NCBI GenBank assembly: GCA_017405785.1
Contig: JAFQZR010000024.1
Location: 14,750-78,749 of the forward strand
Direction: 5' to 3'
Source of the DNA: Erysipelotrichaceae bacterium
Lineage (GTDB): Bacteria; Bacillota_I; Bacilli_A; Erysipelotrichales; Erysipelotrichaceae
Length of the DNA stretch: 64,000 bases
A program made the position numbers and the translations under genes. Positions 19,519 to 27,549 of this stretch are shown here, in pieces; the first letter of the stretch is position 1; each line of letters opens with the position of its first letter. The notes below the pieces were generated by a model. It saw only the letters and a program-made list of their open reading frames with translations. It made no database searches and was not told the origin of the DNA.

Positions 19519-20125
19519 ACAGTATTCGTCCCAGCCTGAGCATGCTGGCTCCTTCCTGTAACGCTATTTCATAGTCATTGGACATTCCCATTGACAGAAT
19601 ATCCACCGCCTGATAGCTACTCTCAAGTTTATCAAAAACAAGTTTTCCCGCGGAAAAAACTTCTCTTATACGCTCTTTATCATCGGTATTAGGCCCGATA
19701 ACCATGATTCCCCTGATCCTTACACCAGACAGATCATGGTATTTACGCATAACATCATATACTTCATCAACTGTGAAACCGAACTTTGATTCTTCTTCCG
19801 CTACATTGACCTGTAACAGTACATCCTGCACTTTACCGATACGTTTGGCCTCTTCAGCGACTTTCAGAAGCAGTTTGATACTGTCAACGGAATGAATAAG
19901 AGCACATGTCTCAACCACTGCTCTGACCTTGTTGGTCTGCAAATGACCTATCATGTGCCATTGTACGCCTTCCAGTTGGCAGTCCTTCTTTTTCAGAAGC
20001 TCCTGAACCCTGTTTTCCCCGAACATCCTGAAGCCACAGTCATAGACCTTCCTTATCTCTTCAAGGGAGCGGTTCTTGGTAACGGCTACTGTAATATCCT
20101 TCAGATCTATCAGTTCCTGTTTCAT
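19499..20125 (-). CDS. yggS: YggS-family pyridoxal-phosphate homeostasis protein
   Basis: FGENRVQEL, WHMIGHLQTNKV and SMGMSNDYEIA motifs. Confidence 0.9.
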   Translation of the reverse strand: MKQELIDLKDITVAVTKNRSLEEIRKVYDCGFRMFGENRVQELLKKKDCQLEGVQWHMIGHLQTNKVRAVVETCALIHSVDSIKLLLKVAEEAKRIGKVQDVLLQVNVAEEESKFGFTVDEVYDVMRKYHDLSGVRIRGIMVIGPNTDDKERIREVFSAGKLVFDKLESSYQAVDILSMGMSNDYEIALQEGASMLRLGRILFEDDFQ

Positions 20126-20131
20126 ACAGAT

Positions 20132-20140
20132 ATTATATCA
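20132..20140 (-). promoter_or_regulatory. Extended -10 element (TGaTATAAT) positioned for a leaderless yggS transcript
   Basis: The minus strand reads gtTGATATAATatctgtATG. The -10 ends 6 nt before the ATG at 20125, and no SD is present. Confidence 0.45.
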
Positions 20141-20188
20141 ACGATTCATAGTGTTATTTATCAAAAAAGCATTTTTCTATTCCCCATG

Positions 20189-20244
20189 AATGTCTATGTT
20201 TTAGTCTCCAATATCTATGTTTTTATCATCAATGTCTACGTTTT
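20189..20244. repeat. Three 14 bp direct repeats with exact 21 bp periodicity
   Basis: AATGTCTATGTTTT (20189), AATATCTATGTTTT (20210) and AATGTCTACGTTTT (20231), each separated by a 7 nt spacer. Confidence 0.9.
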
Positions 20245-20279
20245 TTCCATAATTGACGCTTTTCCTGTCCTAAAGATAA

Positions 20280-20306
20280 TGAAAAAGTCCTCATTTCTGA
20301 GGACTT
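20280..20306 (-). terminator. Intrinsic terminator of the MarR-ABC exporter operon
   Basis: The minus strand reads aagtcctca, loop gaaa, tgaggactt, then tttc: a perfect 9 bp stem. Confidence 0.75.
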
Positions 20307-20329
20307 GATTCATCTTGTTTTGATTAATA

Positions 20330-22264
20330 TTACTCAAGTTCAAAGGCACCAGTGTACAGCTGATAGTATGTACCCTTCTGGGCCAGCAGCTGATCATGGG
20401 TTCCTCTTTCAATGATACGGCCATGATCCAGTACCATGATGGCATTTGAGTTTCTGACTGTAGAGAGTCTGTGAGCAATGACGAATACCGTTCTGCCTTT
20501 CATCAGGTTATCCATGCCCTTCTGAACCAGAGCTTCGGTTCTGGTATCGATGGAGCTGGTAGCCTCATCAAGGATCATTACCGGCGGATCAGCAACGGCT
20601 GCTCTGGCAATGGAGATCAGCTGACGCTGTCCCTGAGAGAGCTGTGAACCGTTACCTGTCAGCATGGTGTTATAGCCTTCAGGCAGTCTCGTGATGAAGT
20701 CATCGGCATTGGCCAACTTAGCAGCTTCAATGCATTCCTCATCAGTAGCGTCCAGCTTGCCGTAGCGGATGTTGTCCATGACGGTTCCGGTAAACAGGTT
20801 GACATCCTGTAATACCATGCCAAGAGATCTTCTTAAGTCAGGTTTCTTGATCTTAGTGATGTTGATGCCGTCATAGCGGATCTTGCCGTCCGGAATGTCA
20901 TAGAATCTGTTGATCAGGTTGGTAATGGTCGTCTTGCCGGCACCGGTAGCACCGACAAAGGCGATCTTCTGACCCGGATGGGCATACAGTGAAATGTCAA
21001 ACAGTACCTGCTTTTCCGGTTCATAAGCGAAGTCGACATCGACCATCTGGATATCGCCTTTCAGTTCAACATAGGTTGTACTGTGGTCACTCTGGGCATG
21101 GTAGTGTTTCCAGGCCCATAAGCCGGTGTGATGATCGGCTTCACGCAGTTCACCGTTTTCATCTCTTTCGGCGTTAACTAAAGTGACATATCCTTCATCC
21201 TCTTCGCTCTTTTCATCAATGAGGGCAAAGACACGGTCGCTTCCCGCTAAGGCCATGGCGATGGTTGAAACCTGCATGGAAATCTGGTTGATGGTCATGG
21301 ACATCTGTCTTGACATGCTTAAGAAGGATACGATGACACCGATGGTAACCGGTGAAAAACCGGTAAGAGTCAGGTTAGGCACATTACCGATGACCATAGA
21401 AGCACCGATGATGGCCAGTACGACATATTCGATGTTGCCGATGTTGGCCAGAATAGGCATCAGGGCATTGGCATTGCGGTTGGCGTTTTCACTGTCACGG
21501 AACAGTTTTTCATTAATGACATCAAAGTCTGCCATGGCCTGCTGTTCATGGGTGAAGACCTTTACGACTTTCATGCCTTCTATCATTTCCTCAATGAAGC
21601 CCTCTTCCTTGGCTAAGGAATCCTGCTGCCGGGTCATGAATTTGGCACTGCGTCCGCCGAACTTGCCTGTTATTTTTACTATAATGGAAATTACGGCGAT
21701 AACGACAAGTGTCAGCCAGATGCTGTATCTCATCATGGTAATAAATACCGTCGTGATGGAGAGAATTGACTGGAAGAAGGACGGAATGCTCTGTCCTACC
21801 AGCTGACGGATGGTATCAACGTCATTGGTATAGGTACTCATGATCTCACCGTGAGTGTGTGAGTCGAAATATCTGATCGGCAGAGTCTGCATGTTGTCAA
21901 ACATGTCGTCTCTCAATGACTTGATGGTTCCCTGTGATACAGTGGCCATGATCAGGTTGTAAGTCAGTGAACACAGAATACCGAAAGCGTAGATCAGAGT
22001 CATCGTGATGATGATCTCCATCAGCTGTTTTTCGACAGCTGAGATACCCTGGGAAATGCCTGGGGTAATGACATTGTCGATCAGCTTCTGCATGAATGTG
22101 GTTGCGATAACGTTGGAAACGGAAGAAATCAGCAGACATACCGCCACTACGGCGAGACGTCCTTTGTAACGGGAGAAGACATACTTCAGCAGTCTGGCCA
22201 GACTCTTCTTGTCGATTTTCTTATTGGTAACAAATCTGCCACCTCTTGGTCCCGGTCCCGGCAT
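20330..22264 (-). CDS. ABC exporter, fused permease/ATPase (paralog of 3325-5202)
   Basis: 644 aa with GATGAGKTT, LSQGQRQL and ILDEATSSID. Long near-identical stretches are shared with the 3325-5202 product (for example NLINRFYD, GTVMDNIRYGxLDATDEECI). Confidence 0.9.
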   Translation of the reverse strand: MPGPGPRGGRFVTNKKIDKKSLARLLKYVFSRYKGRLAVVAVCLLISSVSNVIATTFMQKLIDNVITPGISQGISAVEKQLMEIIITMTLIYAFGILCSLTYNLIMATVSQGTIKSLRDDMFDNMQTLPIRYFDSHTHGEIMSTYTNDVDTIRQLVGQSIPSFFQSILSITTVFITMMRYSIWLTLVVIAVISIIVKITGKFGGRSAKFMTRQQDSLAKEEGFIEEMIEGMKVVKVFTHEQQAMADFDVINEKLFRDSENANRNANALMPILANIGNIEYVVLAIIGASMVIGNVPNLTLTGFSPVTIGVIVSFLSMSRQMSMTINQISMQVSTIAMALAGSDRVFALIDEKSEEDEGYVTLVNAERDENGELREADHHTGLWAWKHYHAQSDHSTTYVELKGDIQMVDVDFAYEPEKQVLFDISLYAHPGQKIAFVGATGAGKTTITNLINRFYDIPDGKIRYDGINITKIKKPDLRRSLGMVLQDVNLFTGTVMDNIRYGKLDATDEECIEAAKLANADDFITRLPEGYNTMLTGNGSQLSQGQRQLISIARAAVADPPVMILDEATSSIDTRTEALVQKGMDNLMKGRTVFVIAHRLSTVRNSNAIMVLDHGRIIERGTHDQLLAQKGTYYQLYTGAFELE

Positions 22265-22266
22265 GA

Positions 22267-24003
22267 TCAGTTCTCCTCCTTTCCCTTAGTCTGGGAATCA
22301 TAGATTTCCCTATAGATTCCGTTGAGTTTCATTAATTCCTCATGATTGCCCTGTTCAACGATCTTGCCGCCGTCCAGAACGATGATCTGATCGCTCTCTT
22401 CAACGGAAGCCACTCTCTGGGCAATGATGATCTTGGTTGTATCAGGAATTTCCTGAGCGAAGGCCTTTCTGATCAGGGCATCGGTCTTGGTGTCAACGGC
22501 TGATGTCGAGTCGTCAAGAATAAGTACCTTCGGTTTCTTTAACAGAGCTCTGGCAATGCACAGTCTCTGCTTCTGACCGCCGGAAACGTTGGTTCCGCCC
22601 TGGGTCAGCATGGTATCGTATTTATCCGGCATCTGCTGAATGAATTCATCAGCCTGAGCCAGTTTACATACTCGTTCGATTTCCTCGTCTGTGGCGTCCT
22701 TATTGCCCCAGCGGAGGTTTTCCTTAATGGTTCCGGAGAACAGAACGTTTTTCTGCAGGACTACCGCAACGGCATCTCTTAAGACCTTCAGATCATAGTC
22801 TCTGACATCCACGCCGCCAACATATACCGCTCCTTCGGTAACGTCGTACAGACGGGAGATCAGCTGGATCAGTGTGGTCTTGGAAGAACCGGTACCGCCC
22901 AGAATACCGACAGTCTGTCCTGATTTGATGTCCAGATTGATTTCGGCTAACGCTCTTCTCTTACTGTCAGGGTTGTATTTGAAGGTTACATTGTCAAATA
23001 CGATGCTTCCATCCTTGACTTCCATGACACCGTTTTCCGGGCTCTTCAGGACACTTTCGTGTTCGAGAACCTCAACGATACGGTTGGCAGCCTCGGCGGA
23101 GAAGTTGATCTGCATGTAGACCATTGACAGCATCATCAGACTTGACAGGATCTGAATGCCGTAGCTGATCAGTGAAGACATCTGTCCGGTTGTCAGTTCG
23201 GTTGCCTGAGTAGTGATGATCATTCTGGCGCCGATATAACTTACCAGTAACATTGATACATACATGCATCCTGACATGATCGGGCTGTTAAGAGCGATAA
23301 TTCTTTCCGCACTGATGAAGTCACTTCTTACTTCTTCAGAGGCTTTATTGAACTTTTCAATCTCATAATCCTCTCTGACAAAGGACTTGACGACACGGAT
23401 GCCTGCCACATTTTCCTGGACGGAATTGTTCAGGGCATCGTATTTCTTGAAGATCCTTGTAAAGATAGGATGGGCCTTGTTGAAGATGCTTACCAGGCCG
23501 ATGGCCAGAATTGGAATGACGCAGATGAAGATCCAGGCCATTTCCGAATGAATGCGGAATGCCATGATGATGGAGAAGATGAACATCAGAGGTGATCTTA
23601 CAGCCATGCGGATGATCATCTGGAAAGCCATCTGGATATGGGAGACGTCACTGGTAAGTCTGGTTACCAGAGATGAGCTGGAGAACTTGTCAATATCCGC
23701 AAAAGAGAATTCCTGTACCTTGTAGAACAGGTCTCTTCTCAGGTTCTTGGCAAAGCCAGTTGAAGCTGTGGCACCGTTGCGGGCACTCTGGGCCCCGCAG
23801 ATCAGTGACAGTGTTGCCAGAACGATCAGTATGCTTCCGTATTTGATTACCGGATCGATCGTATCCCCGGACATGTGGTCAATGAGCATGGCCATAACCA
23901 TCGGAATGATGCATTCCATGGCAACCTCGCCCAGCATGAACAGCGGTGTCAGGATCGTCTGCTTTTTATATTCGCCGATTTTACCGGCCAGAATCTTGAT
24001 CAT
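22267..24003 (-). CDS. ABC exporter, fused permease/ATPase (paralog of 5202-6947)
   Basis: 578 aa with GGTGSSKTT, VSGGQKQRLCIARALLKKPK and LILDDSTSAVD. Confidence 0.9.
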   Translation of the reverse strand: MIKILAGKIGEYKKQTILTPLFMLGEVAMECIIPMVMAMLIDHMSGDTIDPVIKYGSILIVLATLSLICGAQSARNGATASTGFAKNLRRDLFYKVQEFSFADIDKFSSSSLVTRLTSDVSHIQMAFQMIIRMAVRSPLMFIFSIIMAFRIHSEMAWIFICVIPILAIGLVSIFNKAHPIFTRIFKKYDALNNSVQENVAGIRVVKSFVREDYEIEKFNKASEEVRSDFISAERIIALNSPIMSGCMYVSMLLVSYIGARMIITTQATELTTGQMSSLISYGIQILSSLMMLSMVYMQINFSAEAANRIVEVLEHESVLKSPENGVMEVKDGSIVFDNVTFKYNPDSKRRALAEINLDIKSGQTVGILGGTGSSKTTLIQLISRLYDVTEGAVYVGGVDVRDYDLKVLRDAVAVVLQKNVLFSGTIKENLRWGNKDATDEEIERVCKLAQADEFIQQMPDKYDTMLTQGGTNVSGGQKQRLCIARALLKKPKVLILDDSTSAVDTKTDALIRKAFAQEIPDTTKIIIAQRVASVEESDQIIVLDGGKIVEQGNHEELMKLNGIYREIYDSQTKGKEEN

Positions 24004-24440
24004 AAGCTGTTTTCCCTCCTCTTAACTGAATTTTCATATATCGTAGTCAGATAAACGGTCAGTTTATCCAGGTCCTGCTTGGAAAGACCTTCCAGAAGCC
24101 GTTCGTTGTTGGCTGCCCTTTTCGCATCAAGCTGTTTGACCAGCTGTTCGAATTGGTCGGTCGTGCTGACCAGTTTGTTTCTCTTATCGTTTTCATCTCT
24201 TTCACAGATGATGTAACCGGTATTCTCCAGTCTCTGGACCAGACCGACAACTGTCGGATGCGATACCTTCAGATACTCTTCTATCTCCTTCTGAGATACT
24301 CTGCCGCCGCTTTTTCTGACAAAGAACAGAACGTTGATCTGCGAATAGGTCAGATTGTCCCGTTTCAGTCCGGCATCGGCAACTGCCTTCATGTTCCAGT
24401 TTATCTTTGTCAGCAGCATCATGATGTCACTTTTCTGCAT
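24000..24440 (-). CDS. MarR-family transcriptional regulator
   Basis: 146 aa with winged-helix region LTYSQINVLFFVRKSGGRVSQKEIEEYLKVSHPTVVGLVQRLE...DKRNK. It is the first gene of the exporter operon. Confidence 0.9.
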   Translation of the reverse strand: MQKSDIMMLLTKINWNMKAVADAGLKRDNLTYSQINVLFFVRKSGGRVSQKEIEEYLKVSHPTVVGLVQRLENTGYIICERDENDKRNKLVSTTDQFEQLVKQLDAKRAANNERLLEGLSKQDLDKLTVYLTTIYENSVKRRENSL

Positions 24441-24456
24441 CTTCTGCCTCCTTTCC

Positions 24457-24484
24457 TGTAGCGTGCTACATGTAGCATGCTACA
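24457..24484. promoter_or_regulatory. Two tandem 14 bp palindromes, probable MarR operator
   Basis: TGTAGCGTGCTACA followed by TGTAGCATGCTACA. The second is a perfect palindrome. They lie between the marR SD and a TATAAT at 24492-24487 on the minus strand. Confidence 0.6.
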
Positions 24485-24615
24485 CAATTATAATACATTT
24501 TTCTCCCACCCGTCAATCAGAAAAAAGCATATTGTTATTCTGTGAATACACCTCTCTTTTGCACAAATGATGATGGAACAATATTGCGGAAAATAATAAT
24601 ATATGATAATATGAA

Positions 24616-24712
24616 GTCAGCTGAGGGAGTAGTTTACGCTTCCTGGTGTGATATGTCAACAGCACTGGTATCAAAAACCCTGGCATATCTTAATAGACGA
24701 GACTCAGCACAG
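24616..24712 (+). promoter_or_regulatory. yybP-ykoY (Mn2+-sensing) riboswitch aptamer, probable
   Basis: P1 is GCUGAG (24620-25) paired with CUCAGC (24703-08). Conserved GAGGGAGUAG lies at 24623-32 and AGACGAGAC at 24695-703. There is an inner GAUAUG/CAUAUC helix. The element sits upstream of a P-type ATPase. Confidence 0.65.
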
Positions 24713-24747
24713 TTATCTTTTGACTGTGCATGTGAATCAGAAACAGT

Positions 24748-24779
24748 TCCCTGCACAGTAGATGTGAGAGGGATTTTTT
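24748..24779 (+). terminator. Riboswitch expression-platform terminator
   Basis: UCCCUGCAC, 7 nt loop, GUGAGAGGGA, then U6. Its 5' arm overlaps segment C of the alternative pairing set described in the findings. Confidence 0.55.
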
Positions 24780-24798
24780 AATCCCATTTGGAGGTGCT

Positions 24799-27492
24799 AT
24801 GAATTATTATCTCAAAACGATTGAAGAAACATTCAAGGAAACTGACTCTTCACCCGAAGGGTTAAGTAATAAAGAAGCTGCCGAAAGGCTGGCGCGTAAC
24901 GGCCATAATAAGCTGGCCGAACCGCCGAAGAAAACCTTTGTACAGAAATTCGTTGATTCCCTGAAAGACCCGATGATTCTGATGTTACTGGGAGCCGCTG
25001 TTCTGTCAGCCATCACCACAGTCTATCAGAACGTGGCTCAGGGTGCTGACGAATCATATGCTGATCTGTTCATCATTCTGTTTGTCGTAACAGTCAATAC
25101 CCTGTTAGGCATTCTGCAGGAAAGCAAGGCTGAACAGGCAATCGACGCCTTAAAGGAAATGACCGCTGCCACCAGCAAGGTTCTCCGTGACGGAGTACAG
25201 ACCGTATTAAAGTCCGAAGACCTGGTTGTCGGTGACGTTGTCATCCTGGAGGCCGGTGATGCCGTTCCGGCTGACTGCCGCATCATCGACTGTCATTCAA
25301 TAAAAGTCGAGGAAGCTGCCCTGACCGGTGAAAGCGTTCCGGTAAACAAGATCATGGATATCCTGATGCTCAAGGAAAACGCTCTGGACATCCCTCTGGG
25401 TGACAGAACCAACATGCTGTACAGCGGATCAACCATCGTCTACGGACGCGGCGCTGCCGTTGTTACCGCAACCGGCATGGCTACCGAAATGGGCAAGATC
25501 GCCAACGCTCTTAACGAGACGGAAGATGAAAAGACACCTTTGCAGAAGAAGATGTCTGAGCTGTCAAGAGTACTGACCAAGCTGGTCGTTGGCATCAGCG
25601 TATTCGTATTCATCTTCGGAATCGGACGCGCTCTGTTAGCCGGTAATCATCATGACATTCTCGGTGTCATTCTCAACACATTCATTATGGCCGTAGCTCT
25701 GGCAGTAGCTGCCATACCTGAAGGTCTGCCGGCTGTTGTCACCATCATTCTTTCCATCGGCGTCACCGCCATGGCAAAACGTAATGCTCTGATCAGAAAG
25801 CTTACCGCTGTCGAGACCCTGGGCTGTACCCAGATAATCTGTTCCGATAAGACCGGTACCCTGACTCAGAACAAGATGACAGTTGTCGATGAGTATACTG
25901 CTGACAAAGAATTGCTGGCCACAGGCATGGCCTTATGTTCCGATGCCCACATTGATGAGGGTGAGACCGAATCAACCGGTGAGCCTACGGAAGCCGCTCT
26001 GGTAAACTACGCATTCAAAAACAATCTTCCTAGATACGAACTGGTAAAACAGCAGCCTCGTGTCGGTGAAGCACCGTTTGATTCAATGCGCAAGATGATG
26101 TCTACCGTTCATGAAGTCAACGGCAAGTACATCCAGTACACCAAGGGTGCCAGCGAAATGTTGTTGGAACACTGCACTCATTATCTCAATGAAAACCATA
26201 AAGTGGTTGAAATGACCGCTGAAATAAAGAAAGAAATCTTAAGAAACGTCAAGTCATATGCTGACCGCGCCCTGCGCGTATTAAGCCTGGCTTATAAAAC
26301 ATATGACAGCTTACCGGAAAGCTATGATGCCGAGGTACTGGAAAACGATCTGATCTATGCCGGTTTTGTCGGAATGATCGACCCGTGCCGTCCGGAAGTC
26401 TATGACGCCATCAAGGAATGCCGCAGTGCCGGCATCAGACCGGTAATGATCACCGGTGACCATATCGACACCGCTGTTGCCATCGGCAAGGACTTAGGCA
26501 TCATCACCGACGCCTCACAGGCTAAGGTAGGTGCTGAAATGGAACAGATGAGCGACAAGGAACTAGTCGAAACCGTTAAGAACATCTCAGTCTGGGCCAG
26601 AGTTCAGCCTGAGCATAAGACCAGAATCGTCAAGGCCTTCAAGAGCATGGGCTATGTCGTAGCCATGACCGGTGACGGCGTCAACGATGCTCCAAGCATC
26701 AAGGCTGCCGATATCGGCATGGGCATGGGCATCACCGGCACTGACGTCACCAAAGGCGTCAGCGACATGGTTCTGGCTGACGACAACTTCGCAACTATCG
26801 TCAACGCCGTTGAAGAAGGACGTAAGATCTACGATAATGTCCGTAAGGTTTTACAGTTCCAGTTATCCACCAACATGTCCGAAGTACTGACTGTCTTCGC
26901 TGCCAGTGCCATGGGCTTCGAAATACTTACCCCTGCCCACCTGTTATGGATCAACATGGTCACTGACAGTGCACCTGGATTGGCTTTAGGCATGGAACAG
27001 GCTGAAGAAGGCCTGATGTTAAGAAAACCGAGAAGTTCTGAGGAATCAGTATTTGCCAACGGTGCCGGTATTGACATGATCTTACAGGGTATCTTCATGG
27101 CTATCCTGGTAATATCCAGCTTCTTCATTGGCGATTACATCGAGAACGGCTCAATCAATTTTGCCGATCTGATGGCTCGCGGTTCATCTGACGGCATGAC
27201 CATGGCGTTCCTGACATGCAACTTCGTGGAAATGTTCCATGCCATGAGCATGAGAACCCAGAGAGGCAACTTATTCAAGATGAAGACCGTCAACTGGTGG
27301 CTGATGGGAGCCCTGGTTCTGACAACCCTGCTGACAGTCGGTGTCATCTATATTCCTTTCTTCAGAAATCTGTTTGAATTTACCGCGGTATCATTCAAGG
27401 AGTTCGCCATCGCCTTCGGTCTGGCCTTCTCTGTAATACCGGTACTGGAGATTTTCAAGTTCTTCTTCAGACTGGCTGAAAAAAAGAACTAA
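24799..27492 (+). CDS. P2-type cation-transporting ATPase (Ca2+/Mn2+ pump type)
   Basis: 897 aa with CSDKTGTLTQNKM (phospho-Asp), PEGLPAV, MITGDH and TGDGVNDAPSIKAADIGMGMG. GGAGG lies 6 nt upstream. Confidence 0.9.
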   Translation: MNYYLKTIEETFKETDSSPEGLSNKEAAERLARNGHNKLAEPPKKTFVQKFVDSLKDPMILMLLGAAVLSAITTVYQNVAQGADESYADLFIILFVVTVNTLLGILQESKAEQAIDALKEMTAATSKVLRDGVQTVLKSEDLVVGDVVILEAGDAVPADCRIIDCHSIKVEEAALTGESVPVNKIMDILMLKENALDIPLGDRTNMLYSGSTIVYGRGAAVVTATGMATEMGKIANALNETEDEKTPLQKKMSELSRVLTKLVVGISVFVFIFGIGRALLAGNHHDILGVILNTFIMAVALAVAAIPEGLPAVVTIILSIGVTAMAKRNALIRKLTAVETLGCTQIICSDKTGTLTQNKMTVVDEYTADKELLATGMALCSDAHIDEGETESTGEPTEAALVNYAFKNNLPRYELVKQQPRVGEAPFDSMRKMMSTVHEVNGKYIQYTKGASEMLLEHCTHYLNENHKVVEMTAEIKKEILRNVKSYADRALRVLSLAYKTYDSLPESYDAEVLENDLIYAGFVGMIDPCRPEVYDAIKECRSAGIRPVMITGDHIDTAVAIGKDLGIITDASQAKVGAEMEQMSDKELVETVKNISVWARVQPEHKTRIVKAFKSMGYVVAMTGDGVNDAPSIKAADIGMGMGITGTDVTKGVSDMVLADDNFATIVNAVEEGRKIYDNVRKVLQFQLSTNMSEVLTVFAASAMGFEILTPAHLLWINMVTDSAPGLALGMEQAEEGLMLRKPRSSEESVFANGAGIDMILQGIFMAILVISSFFIGDYIENGSINFADLMARGSSDGMTMAFLTCNFVEMFHAMSMRTQRGNLFKMKTVNWWLMGALVLTTLLTVGVIYIPFFRNLFEFTAVSFKEFAIAFGLAFSVIPVLEIFKFFFRLAEKKN

Positions 27493-27506
27493 ACAAGCAC
27501 AAAAAA

Positions 27507-27540
27507 AAACTGTCACTGATCAGCTGATCGGTGGCAGTTT
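27507..27540. terminator. Bidirectional terminator between the ATPase and the malic enzyme gene
   Basis: aaactgtcac / gtggcagttt form a stem with one G-U pair, flanked by A9 on the left and a T-run on the right. Confidence 0.7.
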
Positions 27541-27549
27541 TATTATGCT

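Noticed and set aside
19892-20308. 138 aa plus-strand ORF whose translation shows a repeated heptad (NVYVLVS / NIYVFII / NVYVFSI)
   Set aside because: The peptide periodicity is only the readout of the 21 bp DNA repeats. The ORF starts antisense inside yggS, crosses the intergenic region and the terminator hairpin, and has no SD.
21183-21806. 207 aa plus-strand ORF inside the ABC exporter gene
   Set aside because: It is antisense to a well-supported ABC permease domain. Its Met/Ser/Thr-rich composition is typical of antisense reading of membrane-protein genes.
24542-24781. 79 aa ORF upstream of the P-type ATPase
   Set aside because: It covers the riboswitch aptamer and its expression platform. 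It has no SD, and RNA structure explains the region better.
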